NCBI GenBank assembly: GCA_030390025.1 | Contig: CM059432.1 | Span: forward strand, 115,570,001-115,634,000 | Reading direction: 5' to 3' | Source of the DNA: Squalus acanthias | Taxonomy: Eukaryota | DNA: 64,000 nucleotides | In this document: piece by piece, positions 1-12,722 of the stretch | Numbering within the stretch: position 1 is the stretch's first letter | How the letters are laid out: each line of letters starts with the position of its first letter | The notes under the pieces: generated by a model | Database searches by the model: none | Told to the model about the DNA's origin: nothing | Seen by the model: the letters and a program-made list of their open reading frames with translations, nothing else | Position numbers and translations under genes: made by a program

Positions 1-39
1 CCCCCCACACTTTCTACCCAATAAACCTGATAACAATCC

Positions 40-1023
40 AGATTCGGGCTCATGGGATTGGGGTAATATATTAGCTTGGATTGAGGATTGGTTAACAGAC
101 AGAAAGCAGGGAGCAGGAATAAACGGGTCATTTTCGGGTTGGCAGATTGCAACTAGTGGGGTGCCGCAAGGATCAGTGTTGGGGCCTCAGCTATTTACAT
201 ATTAATGACTTAGATGATGGGACCGAGTGTAATGTATCCAAGTTTGCTGACGATACAAAGCTAGGTGGGAAAGCAAGCTGTGAGGAGGACACAAAGAAGC
301 TTCAAAAGGGATATAGACAGGTTAAGTGAGTGGGCAAGAAGGTGGCAGATGGAGTATAATGTGGGGTAATATGAAATTATCCACTTTGGTAGGAAGATAG
401 AAAAGCAGAATTTTAAAAAAAAAATGTTGGTAAGCAGTGGGATTTGGGTGGCCTTGTACACAAATCACAGAAAGTTAACATGCAGGTACAGCAAGCACTT
501 AGGAAAGCCAATGGTATGTCAGCCTTTATTGCATGAGGGTTGGAGTATAAAAGTAAGGACGGTTCACTAGATTGATTCCTGGGATGAGAGGGTTGTCTTA
601 TGAGGAGAGATTGATTAGACTGGGCCTATATTCTCTAACGTTTAGAAGAATGAGAGGTGATCTCATTAAAACATAAAATTCAGGGGGTTGGAGAGGCTGT
701 TTCCCTTGGCTGGAGAGTCTATAACGAGGGGACAGTGTCTCAGGATAAGGGGTCGGCCATTTAGGACTGAGATAAGGAGAAATTTCTTCACTCAGAAGGG
801 TTGTGAATCTTTGGAATTCTCTACCCAGAGGGCTGTGGATGCAGAGTCGTTGAGTATATTCAAGGCTGAGATCGAAAGATTTTTGGACTCTAGGGGAATC
901 AAGGGATATGGGGATAGGGCAGGAAGGTGGAGTGGAGGTCGAAGATCAGCCATGATCTTACTGAATGGCGGAGCAGGCTCGAGGGGCCGTATGGCCGATT
1001 CCTGCTCCTAATTCTTATGTTCT
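40..1023 (+). mobile_element. CR1 LINE 3' fragment
   Basis: SKFADDTKLGG, RRNFFTQ, tail GAATGGCGGAGCAGGCTCGAGGGGCCG...TTCTTATGTTCTTA. Confidence 0.9.
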
Positions 1024-1024
1024 T

Positions 1025-1226
1025 AGAGAGAAACGGCATAGAGAGAAAGAAAGGGTATAGAGAAAGACACAGACATGTGGGGAGAGTGAAGAGAAAGTGT
1101 GTGAGAGAGAGGGAGGTAGATATTCTGAGAATAAACACATGCGACCTGAATACAACAGTAGAAACAAAAAAGGGAGAATAAGGGAGAGAGAAACAGGGAG
1201 AGAAGCAGCACAGACAGGTGAGAGAA
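1025..1226 (+). repeat. GA-rich low-complexity tract
   Basis: Degenerate (GA)n sequence. Confidence 0.6.
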
Positions 1227-1901
1227 CATATCACCCACCTTAACATAAGCAATGCCACAGCAGTCCACCAGTAAAGTCTATTTCCATAATTTTACAAGTG
1301 AGTAACATTTTTAATGCAAATATTTTGATATATACAACTAGCGAGGGTGCATACCTGCAAGCCATTATACAGTAAACCAATACTGTACTTCAGTTGGCTC
1401 TTCTCTATGCCACAATTAAAGCTGTTAAAAGTGGATTAATTTTTAAAAAGATAGATCTGCACAATATGCCAAATACTCCATGTTGTATTTATTTCGGTGT
1501 GTGTGTTTTGCAGTCTCAAATTTGGCTGTCTTGGTTCTGACTTGCAACTAACATTTGTTGATTCCAAACAATTGCCAAGAAACAGCACTAGACTGTAATT
1601 TGATAGGTACACCATCTAAAATTACAGGCATGCATTTTAAAACGTTACAAAGATAGCCAGTCTTCTATGCATATATTTATATTAAAAAAGCACAAAGAAG
1701 CTTCAATTTCTCCATGACCTTTTTTAAAAATTCCCACAGCTCATGAGCAAGTCAACAGTGAATCCTAGCCAGCCTCGTGAAAATAATACATCAAGTAGTA
1801 AAAATGCGAAGAATGCCATGAAGCTACCCATTTACCTTAATTGAATGAGATTTAATAGTGAATTAAGAAATCAGCTATTAAATTCTGCTATGATCAAACT
1901 A

Positions 1902-2264
1902 CAGGAAACTCTATTAACCGGCACCGACGGGACCGGCGTGGTGCCGGTTAATCCAAAAGTCCGGATAACGGAGAGTTATATCTCCCAACGTACGAGAGCC
2001 CCGTACACACTGATATGCACCTGCATTCGGAGCTCCGTCTCCCCGGGGACCGCCAGCTGACCATCTGTCGTGTCCGCTGCCTACCCGGGCTGCACATTCC
2101 CCTCCCAATCTACATGCTCCGATACAAGGCAAACGCCTCGGGGTTTTTTAAAAAAGTTAATTTTAAAGGAGAGCTGAAGGAAAACCCCGGTTACCTACTC
2201 AAGAATTTTGCCGGTTAAGAGAGATTTCCGGATATTTGGGTGTCGGTTAATAAAGAGTTTACTG
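1902..2264 (+). mobile_element. Tc1/mariner (Tigger/pogo-like) MITE, copy 1
   Basis: TA TSD on both sides. TIR CAGGAAACTCTATTAACCGGCACC / GGTGTCGGTTAATAAAGAGTTTACTG. Confidence 0.88.
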
Positions 2265-2709
2265 TACATTTAAAACCCAATGCTGCAGAGTTGGTAATTG
2301 TAAAAAAACTTACACCAGCAAAAATAACCGAATGCGAGCAACTAAGCAATTAATTTCTCCTTAATTCAGTCGTGATTGGCATTTTAGGTGCCAACAGTAG
2401 CTACTACTAAAACTGGAATTGATTTTTTTTTAAACTTTGCGGTTACTTTCTAGTCAGTAGTTAGATGAGATCAAAAAGACAAAAATAAGTTAAATTAAGT
2501 TTAACACAAGTGCACTTGTACGCCAGATGCCTCACATCAATTCTATCTTATGAGCAAGAGGCACCTCATTGCTGCGCATTTTGCAGAGCTTTCTAGAGGT
2601 GCATTACGGGGTAACTTTGGGGCAGACCGGGAAGTTTAAATTGCACATTGATTATTTGCCAACAAATGCTAGCTGTCCACATAAAATGCAGACAGACAGT
2701 TGGTTCATA

Positions 2710-3780
2710 TATCTACATTCCAGATGTGTTTTCTGAAAAGACTGGAGGTCAACTATCCCAGAACAGGTACATTGAGGTACATTTCCACTAGGGGGAAAGA
2801 CAGGGCAACTAAAGTCAAGGCTCCCTGCATGACGAAAGAGATAGAGAATATGATGAAGCAGAAAAAGAGCGCGTATGACAGATGTCAAGTTGCAAATACA
2901 TCTGAGAATCAGGCTATATATAGAAAGGTCAGAGGAGAAGTGAAAAAGAAAATAAATGGGGCAAAGATAGTGTATGAGAATAGAATGGCAGCCAACATAA
3001 AAGGTAATTCAAAAGTCTTCTATAGACATATAAATAGTACAAGGGTAGCAAGAGGAGGGGTGGGGCCAATTAGGGACATGCATGGAGGCAGAGGGTATGG
3101 CTGAGGTACTAAACGAGTACTTTGCATCTGTCTTCACCAAGGAAGCAGATGCTGCCATAAACATAGTAAAGGAGGAGGTAGTAGAGACAACACTTGATAG
3201 GATAAAAATTGATAGAGGTTAGGCTGGCTGTACTTAAAGTAGATAAATCACCAGGAGCGGATGGGATGCATCCTAGGATGCTGAGGGAATTGAGGGAGGA
3301 AATCGAGGTGGTACTGGCCAGAATATTCCAATTCTCCTTAGATACAGGGGTGGTGCCAGAGGACTGGAGAATTGCAAATGTTACACCATTGTTCAAAAAA
3401 GGGTGTAAAGGCAAACCCAGCAACTACAGGCCAGTCAGTTTGACCTCGGTTGTGGGGAAGCTTTTAGAAACAGTAATCAGGGACAAAATTAAGAGTCAGT
3501 CACTTGGACAAGTGTGGATTAATTAAGGAAAGCCAGCATGGATTTGCTAAAGGTAAATCGTGTTTAATTAACTTGATTGAGTTCTTTGATGAGGTAACAG
3601 AGAGGGTTGATGAGGATAATGCGGTTGACGTAGTGTACATGGATTTCCAAAAGGTGTTCGACAAAGTGCCACATAATAGGCTTGCCAGCAAAGTTGAAGC
3701 CCATGGAATAAAAGGGACAGTGGCAGCATGGATACGGAATTGGCTAAGTGATAGGAAACAGAGAGTAGTGGTGAATGGTC
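2710..3780 (+). mobile_element. CR1 LINE ORF2 internal fragment
   Basis: [57 protein letters not shown]. Confidence 0.92.
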
Positions 3781-3811
3781 AGCACTGTTGCAAGCCTCAC
3801 ACTCACAACTC

Positions 3812-5176
3812 AAAAGCAACAACTTGCATTTATATAGCACCTTTAAGGTAGGAAAACGTCCCAAGGCGCTTCCCAGGGGTGTTCAGACAAAATTTGACAC
3901 CGAGTTCTATAGGAGTTATTATTAGGAGAGAAGACCAAAGGCTTAGTCAAAGAAGTACGTTTTGAGAAGAGTCTTAAAGGAGAGGTAGAGAGGCAGAGGG
4001 GTTTAGGGAGGGAATTCCAGAGCTTGAGGCCAAGGCAGCTAAAGGCACGGCCGGCAAAGGCGGAGCAATTAAAATCGTGGATGCCAAGAGGCCAGAATTG
4101 GAGGAGCGCAAAGATCTCGAAGGGTTGTATGGTTGGAGGAGGTTACAGAGATAGGGAGGGGTGAGGCCATGGAGAGATTTGAAAGCAAGGATGAGAATTT
4201 TAAAAATCGAGGCATTACCGGACCGGGAGCCAATGTAGGTCAGCGAGCACAGGCGTGATAGCTGAAAAGGACTTTGTGCGAGTTAGGATACGAGCAGCAG
4301 AGTTTTGGATGAGCTCAAGTTTAAGGAGGGTGGAAGATGGGAGGCTAGCCAAGAGAGCATTGGAATAGTCAAGTCCAACGGTAAGAAAGGCATGGATGAG
4401 TGTTTCAGCAGATGGTGGGGGCGGAGACGGGCAATGTTAGAGGTGGAAGTAGGCGGTCTTGGTGATGGAGAGGATATGTGGTCGGAAGCTCATCTCGGGG
4501 TCAAATACAACACCAAGGTTGCGAAAAGTCTGGTTCAGCCTCAAGACAGGGAGGGATTGAGTCGGTGGCTAGGGAACAGAGTTTGTGTCAGGGACCGAAG
4601 ACAATGGCTTCGGTCTTCCCAACATTTAGTTGGAGGAAATGTCTGCTCATCCAGTACTGGATGTTGGACAAGCAGTCTGACAAAGCAGAGACAGTGGTGG
4701 GGTCGAGAGAGGTGGTGGTGAAGTAGAGCTGGGTGTCGTCAGCGTACATGTGGAACCTGATGTTGTGTTTTTGGATGTCGTCGTCGAGGGCAGCATGTAG
4801 ATGAGAAATAGGAGGACACCAGGATAGATCCTTGGGGGACTCTAGAGGTAACGGTACGGGAGCGGGAAGAGAAGCCATTGCTGGCGATTCTCTAGCTACG
4901 ACTGGGTAGACAAGAATGGAACCAGGCGAGGGCAGTCCCAACCAGCTGGACAACAGAGGAGAGGTGTTGGAGGAAGTTGATATGGTCAACTGTGCCAAAG
5001 GCTGCAGACAGGTCGAGAAGAATGAGGAGGGATATTGTACTATGGCCACTGTCACACAGGATGTCATTTATGACTTTGATAAGGGTCGTTTCAGTACTGT
5101 GGCAGGGGTGGTAATCTGATTAGAGGAATTCAAACATGGAGTTGCGGGAAAGATGAGCATGGATTTGGGAGGCGAC
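3812..5176 (-). mobile_element. L2 LINE 3' fragment
   Basis: FHMYADDTQLY...LQLNVGKTEAIVFGP on the minus strand. Tail GTGCTATATAAATGCAAGTTGTTG. Confidence 0.9.
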
Positions 5177-5234
5177 ACTGGCAGCTATTCAACTATGACA
5201 GCTACATCACCCAAATAGATCGCAGGAATTCACA

Positions 5235-5632
5235 AACACACTTCCCTTTTTTGCAGAAAGAGGCAGCAGCAAGAAAGTGGAGGACAAGTGCACCTGAACG
5301 TTTCAACACCTACGGAGGGGACAGTGCTCGCCATCATGGAAAGGAGTACTGCTGAGGCCATGGTCACTGGAGGGGTCAATGATGCGAGTCTCTGCATCCC
5401 TAATCCTCCTTGTGTCTTCACACTTCTCCCTCATCCTACAATCCCTTATGACTCAAAGGTTGCAGACAGTGCAAGCTGGCTCTTCTCACTCTGTCCTGTC
5501 CCCTCACCACAACCCAACCCTTTTTTATTTCAGATTCCAAAGAACTGGAACCTTCCCAGACAGAGCAGGAAGAGGAAGATGACAGTGATGATGAAGAAAC
5601 ACTGTCACTTGATCTTACTCTCGCAGCCACAA
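5235..5632 (+). mobile_element. Fragment of a Harbinger Myb/SANT gene (exon 2, intron, start of exon 3)
   Basis: GGQVHLNVSTPTEGTVLAIMERSTAEAMVTGG and DSKELEPSQTEQEEEDDSDDEETLSLDL closely match exons 2 and 3 of the 50510-52501 element. Confidence 0.82.
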
Positions 5633-5909
5633 AATTTTCTTGCACTCTGCTGATTAAATGTGAAAAAGTACTCCACATTGGAAAATGTCTTCCAGTTTTA
5701 CAAGCAGAAGAGATTTGCCAGTTTTAGCCTGATAAATAGGAAGACTTGAGACCAATTTTAGTTCAAGAATAATTTTTAAATCATGAAAGGGCAACGCAGT
5801 CTCCTGTAGAATAATGTTCACAATCAAGTGTTTATTTTTTCTAGTCAAATATTGTATTTATTTACTTTTAGTAAATGGCAGGATTTTTCCTCAGAAGTAG
5901 TAGTATTAC

Positions 5910-6065
5910 CTCTATTGGGTTGAATTTAACACTGCTGATACTGTCCACACCCCAAGTAAATGAGCGGATTGGGCTGGTCCTCTGCTCATCCCAGATGTCC
6001 ACCTGCTGTCCACATGTTGCAAACACACCATCCCTCCAATGGTGATCAATTCCTGTGTAAACAGT
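5910..6065 (-). CDS. DCAF13: DCAF13 coding exon 5 (later exons lie left of the window)
   Basis: CTTAG acceptor, TVYTGIDHHWRDGVFATCGQQVDIWDEQRTSPIRSFTWGVDSISSVKFNPIE, GTAATA donor. 156 nt. Confidence 0.97.
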
Positions 6066-6214
6066 CTAAGCACAAGCATAGTAATCATGCTTATTAGGAA
6101 TACTAAGCAAGCACACAGTACTAAAAATATGCAACAATACCAGGGTAAAATATATTGCACTTTTAAAATATGAAATTGATAATTTGGCACATTTCCATCT
6201 TTGCCTGTGCTGAG

Positions 6215-6438
6215 TTTTTTAAAAATTCATTCATGGGATGTGGGCATTGCTGGCAGGCCAGCATTTACTGCCCATCCCTAGTTGCCCTCGAGAAGGTGGT
6301 GGTGAGCCACCTTCTTGAACCGCTGCAGTCCGTGTAGTGAAGATACTCCCACACTGCTGTTAGATAGGGAGTTCCATGATTTTGGCCCAGCGATGATGAC
6401 GGATCGGCGATATATTTCCAAGTCAGGATGGTGTGGGG
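6215..6438 (-). mobile_element. 3' tail of the 12723-15685 LINE family
   Basis: Reverse complement of the 15480-15685 tail. Confidence 0.85.
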
Positions 6439-6692
6439 ACGGGATTTATGTCGATTGCACTTCTGACAGCAGAGCAAGGACCCAGGAATGTTTTTCTTGG
6501 GAGAGCTTTTCCCACCAATGTCTGGTAGCTCAATATGACCTTAGCATGCATGACTCCATAACCTCTCACTAAACACACATTGGTAAGGGTGCCCAAATGT
6601 GACCAGCAACAACTCAGTGGTTTATTTCCTTAAAGTACTGGTTCCTGCCATGTCCCTTTCATTTATCAATTATTATACAAAATGTGGCATAC

Positions 6693-6782
6693 CTTGCCTA
6701 GTATTGTGTGTATTGGCTCTTCTTGCTCCTCAAATCCAGGACTCTCCATTTTCCACTGTTTGATGGTCTTATCATCTCCAAC
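6693..6782 (-). CDS. DCAF13: DCAF13 coding exon 4
   Basis: TTTAAAG acceptor, VGDDKTIKQWKMESPGFEEQEEPIHTILGK, GTATGC donor. 90 nt. Confidence 0.96.
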
Positions 6783-7456
6783 CTTTAAAAAAAGTTCAAG
6801 TTATTGCAAATAAACGAAGCAAATTCTTTATTAACTATCATCGTTACCAGTATGGTACAAGTTTAGAGAGCTAACAACAATTTTTGGAGCAACTGTGGGC
6901 CACATGATACTGATGAAAACTATACCAGTAGAAACATGAACTCTGAAATAGGTTATAAACAATTTGATTGTAAATGAATTTTTATTTCTCTCAAAAACAT
7001 CTCAGTGCTTTTAGTTACTCAGATCTGATAAATAAACCGTCACAAAGCTAATGATAGAAACTTTTGAGCATTTTTAGAAGGGGATAAATGTAATTTTCTA
7101 TAACAAAAACTCAATGAACAAAACACCAATAAAAATTCATCTTTACTTAAAACCCACCAGTGTTAAATACTATATGTTCATAGTTTAATATCCAATAATA
7201 TAATACTCTTTGGATTTCTTTCTAAAACATAAATCTTTAGGTCTTTACTGAACCATGTCTGCATCTAGTTTACATCACTAATTCCATTAATTTCAGTGAT
7301 TGAGTTATGATTATTAGCATTAACGGGGCAATAATGAAGTATCAAAAGTACTTAAGAGTTTTGAAACACAGTAGATTATTTAGAGCATGTTGCTTGAGAG
7401 CATGTAGGTATTTTTATAACCATTGAAAATATAAACTCAAAGTAAGCATTGTCTCC

Positions 7457-8386
7457 TATCAATCCAGTCGTAGCCAGAGAATCTCATGTAATGGCTTCTC
7501 TTCCGCTCCCGCACCGCTACCTCCAAACGTATCCACCTTTCTCGACCCCTCCACGGTCACGGATTTGTCGCGCAGCTTGTCCAACATCCAGTATTGGATG
7601 AGCAGAAGTTTCCTCCAACTAAATATTGGGAAGACCAAAGCCATGGTCTTCGGTCCCCGACACACACTTTGCTCCCTAGCCACCGACTCCATCCCTCTCA
7701 CTGGCCACTATCTGAGGTTGAACCAGAACGTTCGCAACCCAGAGATGAGCTTCCGAACATATATCCGCTCCATTACCAAGACCACCTACTTCCACCTCTA
7801 ACATCGCCCGTCTCCACCCCGGCTTCAGCTCACCTGCTGCTGAAACACTCACCCATGCCTCTAGACTTGACTATTCCAATGCTCTCCTGGCCAGACTTCC
7901 ATCTTCCACCCACCATAAACTGGAGCTCATCCAAAACTCTGATGCCCGTATCCTAACTCGCACGAAACCCTGTCCACCCATCACCCTGACCTACACTGGC
8001 TCCTGGTCTGGCAATATCTCAATTTTAAAATTCTCATCCTGGTTTTCAAATCGCTCCACGGCCTTGACCACCACCTCCCCCCACCCCCCAATCTCTGTAA
8101 CCTCCTCCAGCTGTATACACCCCCCCCCCCCTCAACGATCTCTGCATGTCTCCAATTCTGGCCTCTTGTGCATCTCCGATTTCCTTCACCCCACCACTGG
8201 CGACCAGCCTTCAGCTCTGGAATTCCCTCCTTAAACCTCCGCCTCTCCTCCTTTAATTCGCTCCTTAAAACCTACCTCTTTGACCAAGCTTTTGGTGCCC
8301 TGTTCGAATATCTCTATATGGCTTGATGTCAAATTTTGTCTGGTCCTGTGAAGCGGCTTAGGAGGCGCTATATAAAAGCATGTTGT
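7457..8386 (+). mobile_element. L2 LINE 3' fragment
   Basis: IQYWMSRSFLQLNIGKTKAMVFGP and the shared L2 tail. Confidence 0.85.
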
Positions 8387-9066
8387 CTCAACTGGAAGGA
8401 ATGGCCATTTGTTTTATCAAACAAATCTACAGAAACTGACCTCTGCAATAAAATCTTGCAGGGCTGTAGTGTGTGAATCCTTTTGTTTGACTATTGAGTA
8501 CCAATCTATGAAACATTGGCATAAAAGTAGGCCTTTTAGCCCCTCGATCCTGTTCCACCATTTAATTACATCATGGCTGATCTGTACCTCAACTTACCCG
8601 TTTTTCCTCCATATTCCACGACACCCTTGCGCAACAAAAATCCATAATTCTGGAACTAAATAACCAGGCTGCCACTTACTAAGATTTTGCAGGAAAAAAA
8701 GATAGAACAAATGTACAAACAAACCTATCACAACATTATTAGTGCAGAAATAGAAGAGCTAATGCATGGATATATTGACCTGATGTAACAGTCACTGATT
8801 GGGGAAGGGGGAGGAATATAAACATCATGATTTACGTAATATAGACATGAATTTTGACCCAAACTCGAATAGTCCCTAACAAATGCCTATTTTGTAGACT
8901 GAAACTTTACAAATGAATTGGTCAGAAAGACACTTAATAATTGCTTGACACCTGTTGAACAAACAGGCCAGAAATTTAAAAAACTGTACCTTTGACAAAG
9001 TAAACAGTCATAAACATCATCTGCAGCTGTTTCTCTCTAAATACACTAAGATACTGTTATACTTAC

Positions 9067-9174
9067 TGAAAAGAACGATGTACCACAGAATCTGGAACAG
9101 AGCCCTCTGACAAAACCTGTATGTGCTTGTAAAGTACGGATGCATTCACGATTCATCAAGTTCCAAACTTTTAT
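9067..9174 (-). CDS. DCAF13: DCAF13 coding exon 3
   Basis: TTATAG acceptor, IKVWNLMNRECIRTLQAHTGFVRGLCSRFCGTSFFS (WD40 repeat), GTAAGT donor. 108 nt. Confidence 0.96.
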
Positions 9175-10013
9175 CTATAAGAATAACAAGCGAGATTCAC
9201 ATTGTCAAGAACTCATACACAAACTGTACCACTTTCTGAAAGTGCTAAATAGAGAGTGAAAGTCCAGCTTTAATATCATTTTTATATATTTAAGAATTTC
9301 AACAGTCATAAATTTCAAGTGATTCCTAAACTTGGAATTCAATTTATATAAAATGCATGAGAACTAGATAATTTGACAATGTAAAAGCTCCAGCTGGATT
9401 TGTCATTATATAAATTGGTGCTATAAAAATCAAGCCTTATTTTAGGGGCGATGGAGCCCATTGCAGCAGCATCTGTATCATTGCACATATACGGATAAAA
9501 ATTTAAACTGGTTCCACTTGGTCCTGGATGAGAATTCTGTAGCTCTAGCATGCACTTAGCTAGTGGGAGATGCTTACAACATTGGCATCTCTTGAATCTG
9601 CATTCAGAACAAGGAAAGAAATGTAACTGTACAACTGCAATAAAAGCACCTTGCTGACAGACTTGCTGCACACGTCAGCTGAGCGGTTCTTTCCGAACTT
9701 TGAGAGATGAAGTGGGGGATGTCATCCTGCCCAATTATATGGGGTGGGGAGAACTGCAAAGTACTTCAAATTGATGTTATTGCCCATACCAAGTAGTTTT
9801 GTTACTCTCATCTAATGTTACCCTTTCATTGAATGCAGCGATTCATGGGCACGCACACACACACACTTACTTCCAGGGGAAGTCATCAGATAGTGATAGA
9901 ACAAAAGCCTAGCAGATTTTCCCCCTCCTAGCTTGGAACAATGAAGCAAATTGTAATGCCTTATTGCCATCCCAACTGAGAACAGATAACTCCGCATAAA
10001 CTCTGCATAACCG

Positions 10014-10410
10014 CAGGAGGCTGAGGGGAGACCTTATTGAGTTGTATAAAATTATGAGGGGCCTAGATAAAGTAGATAGAAAGGACCTATTTCCCTTAGC
10101 AGAGGGGTCAAAAACCAGGGGGCACAGATTTAAAGTAATTGGTGGAAGGTTTAGAGGGGATTTGAGGGGAAATTTCTTCATCCAGAGGGTTGTGGGGGTC
10201 TGGAACTCACTGCCTGAAAGGGTGGTAGAGGCAGGAACCCTAACCACATTTAAAAAGTACTTGGATGTGCACTTGGGATGCTGTAACCTGCAGGCTACAG
10301 ACCAAGAGCTGGGAAGTGGGATTAGGCTGGATAGCTCTTTGTTGGCCGGCACGGACACGATGGGCCGAAATGGCCTCCTTCCGTGCTGTAACTTTCTATG
10401 ATTCTATGAT
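10014..10410 (+). mobile_element. CR1 LINE 3' end
   Basis: YKIMRGLDKVD...FFIQRVVGVWNSLPERVVEA, tail TTCTATGATTCTATGA. Confidence 0.9.
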
Positions 10411-11343
10411 ATACCAGGAATTGAACCAGGGATCTGGTCTGCTTGATTCTATACCGCATCACAAAGTTCATTTACCCACCAAGCAATTAATGGAGATAGT
10501 AATGTATGGTGTCAAAAAATGTTGTAATATTGGGGGTGCTGGATGGCAGTGCTCTTTTACTTCTGGACACTGAATCAAGTCTAGAGCAACAGGATAAAAA
10601 ATCTGCTCTTTGCTAACTGCGAGAATCCTAATTTAATGAGTTTGGATAGCCTCAATCCGAACAATCTGGCACTAAATAACAAATCTCACTCAGAGGAATC
10701 ACAAGGATGGCTGATGTGGAAAATATAAAAGTCATACTAATGTAGTAGGAAGAGGGAAGCTCTTTTGCAGTTTGGAGTTAAAGCACGTTGTTGGTAAACA
10801 AGAGGTAGCTTGACTTTGGATCCAACCTGTGCTATGCCTAACTCAAATGGAAATGTGTTCCATTCCCTGGCACAGACAGCATCACCTTGCTGAGCACAAA
10901 AATTTGAAGCATTGGCATATCTCCAAAGGCAGTGCCACAATAATTTGAAGAATGCACAACAACAGAGACATTAAACCATGTAATGTACAATCTAATATTC
11001 TGGTGCCAATGTGCAGCTATGTGCAACCTTGCCTGTCCCTTTAAGTACTCCCTGTGTAACTCCATGTAATTCTAGCTGCATATTCTCTAGCTGCTTGTAA
11101 AAGTCAATTAGAGGCCAGTAAATTACTTGTACATTTTAACCTCCAGGTTGGAAGAACCCAGGTTAGAAGGCATCTGTAACAAATGGTGACTTCTGGATTG
11201 TGCCACATGGGCAAGACTTTTACTTGTTTAGTAGCGGACCTGCCGCTGCATCACTCAGTCAGTTGGAGATTATATTCTTTTATGCTATGTAGTATACAAT
11301 ATATTATCAGGGCCACTGATGTATGGTGATTAAATAAGTTACT

Positions 11344-12068
11344 GGCCCGGAATTTGCGGTCAGCGGTGAAGCGAAGGTGTTCACCGCTGACCCTGAAGTA
11401 AGCTTTGCACAAAAATCTCGATCGCTGTGTCGAAAACTTTGGGTTTTCCGACGTTCAATTCAAATCAATGGAGTTTAGTGGGGATCCCCTACTGTGAGCT
11501 GCTGTGATGTCAACAAGCTGTCTAAGCAGCCAATCAAAACTCAGAATTCTCAGTGAACAAGGTCTTAAAATTCTAACTTTTTAAAAATGTTAGCAAGAGC
11601 AAAACTAAGATTGGAGCTCTCACATGGGGAAAAGGCAAACCTGAAATAAAGATTTACAAACTTTAAAATAAAAGTTTGATTTTTTAAAAATTAAAATGGA
11701 TAAACTTCACACTGCGCAAAATTAAAATGAGTTTTTTCAGGGCCAGAGCCTTTGTTTAGCAGTCAATACACTGTTAAAACTCGAGTTACACCTAATCCCT
11801 TTGGGTCTAACTTTTAGTGGGGAATTTAACAGCGTACTTACTGCGGGAGAGCTGAAGTTGATCAGTTTCCCTGATTTGAATGATTTCACGGATTGCCAGC
11901 TCTCGGGGAGTGGGGGTACCCACAGCGCAGCCTGTGTCGCAACGGTGAATGACAGACTGCAACTTCAGGATTTCCGCAGGCGCATCATGCGCCAAATCCC
12001 AAAGTTGTGGTCAGTATCAAAGGCGGAATGACGGTGAATGCCGTCATCCCGACCGCAAATTCCAGGCC
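11344..12068. mobile_element. Harbinger-type MITE
   Basis: TIR GGCCCGGAATTTGCGGTC / GACCGCAAATTCCAGGCC (17/18 match), flanks ACT/ATT, no coding capacity. Confidence 0.85.
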
Positions 12069-12722
12069 ATTGTGTTTTAGTGTATGGTAGAAGTGTTAGT
12101 GATATCATGAGGCTCAGATTCCATGATTATGTGCAAATTTACATGGAAACTGAAATTCAGTGTTCTTGATTAATATCAAATGTTAATTTAAACGTGAAGT
12201 ACATTTACCCGTATTGCGAGAGTGCAAGGCATTTTCCATTAACATTAGTGCATTTCGCTAAAATGGTGTCACCGTTGCCACACCTGTAGCTTGTCAGCAA
12301 TTTCTATTGGACAACACTGTTCTATGCAAAGCAGCACAAACATAAACCAGACAGTATAACTTTCTGTCTGTCGCTACTTAACCTATCTCTGGAAAACAAC
12401 AATCTTCAAGCATAATGGTTCCTGAGGAAAGAGCACACACACAAAGCCCCTTCAATTCCTGGAGCACCCCTCTACCGCCAAGTGTATTGGGTGAGAGTTC
12501 CGGCTGCTAGTCTAGCTAAATCCCATTCCAAATAGTAGGGACAGACTCATTTACACAAGGGGGAATGGAAGTCTGAACCATTTACATTACCCTAGGTACC
12601 TGCCCGTGGAGGGCTAGTAATAGCACTTGACCGCTCAGTCTGTACGCCTGCAATAAACGGGGAACTGGCAGGATTCCTGGGGGAGGGCAAGTCATCCCAA
12701 CAACTGTATCTCTTCCACAAAC

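Noticed and set aside
2515..2580. Possible DCAF13 exon 6
   Set aside because: No frame gives the expected CASDRNIVLYDMR-like peptide. Exon 6 seems to lie outside the window.
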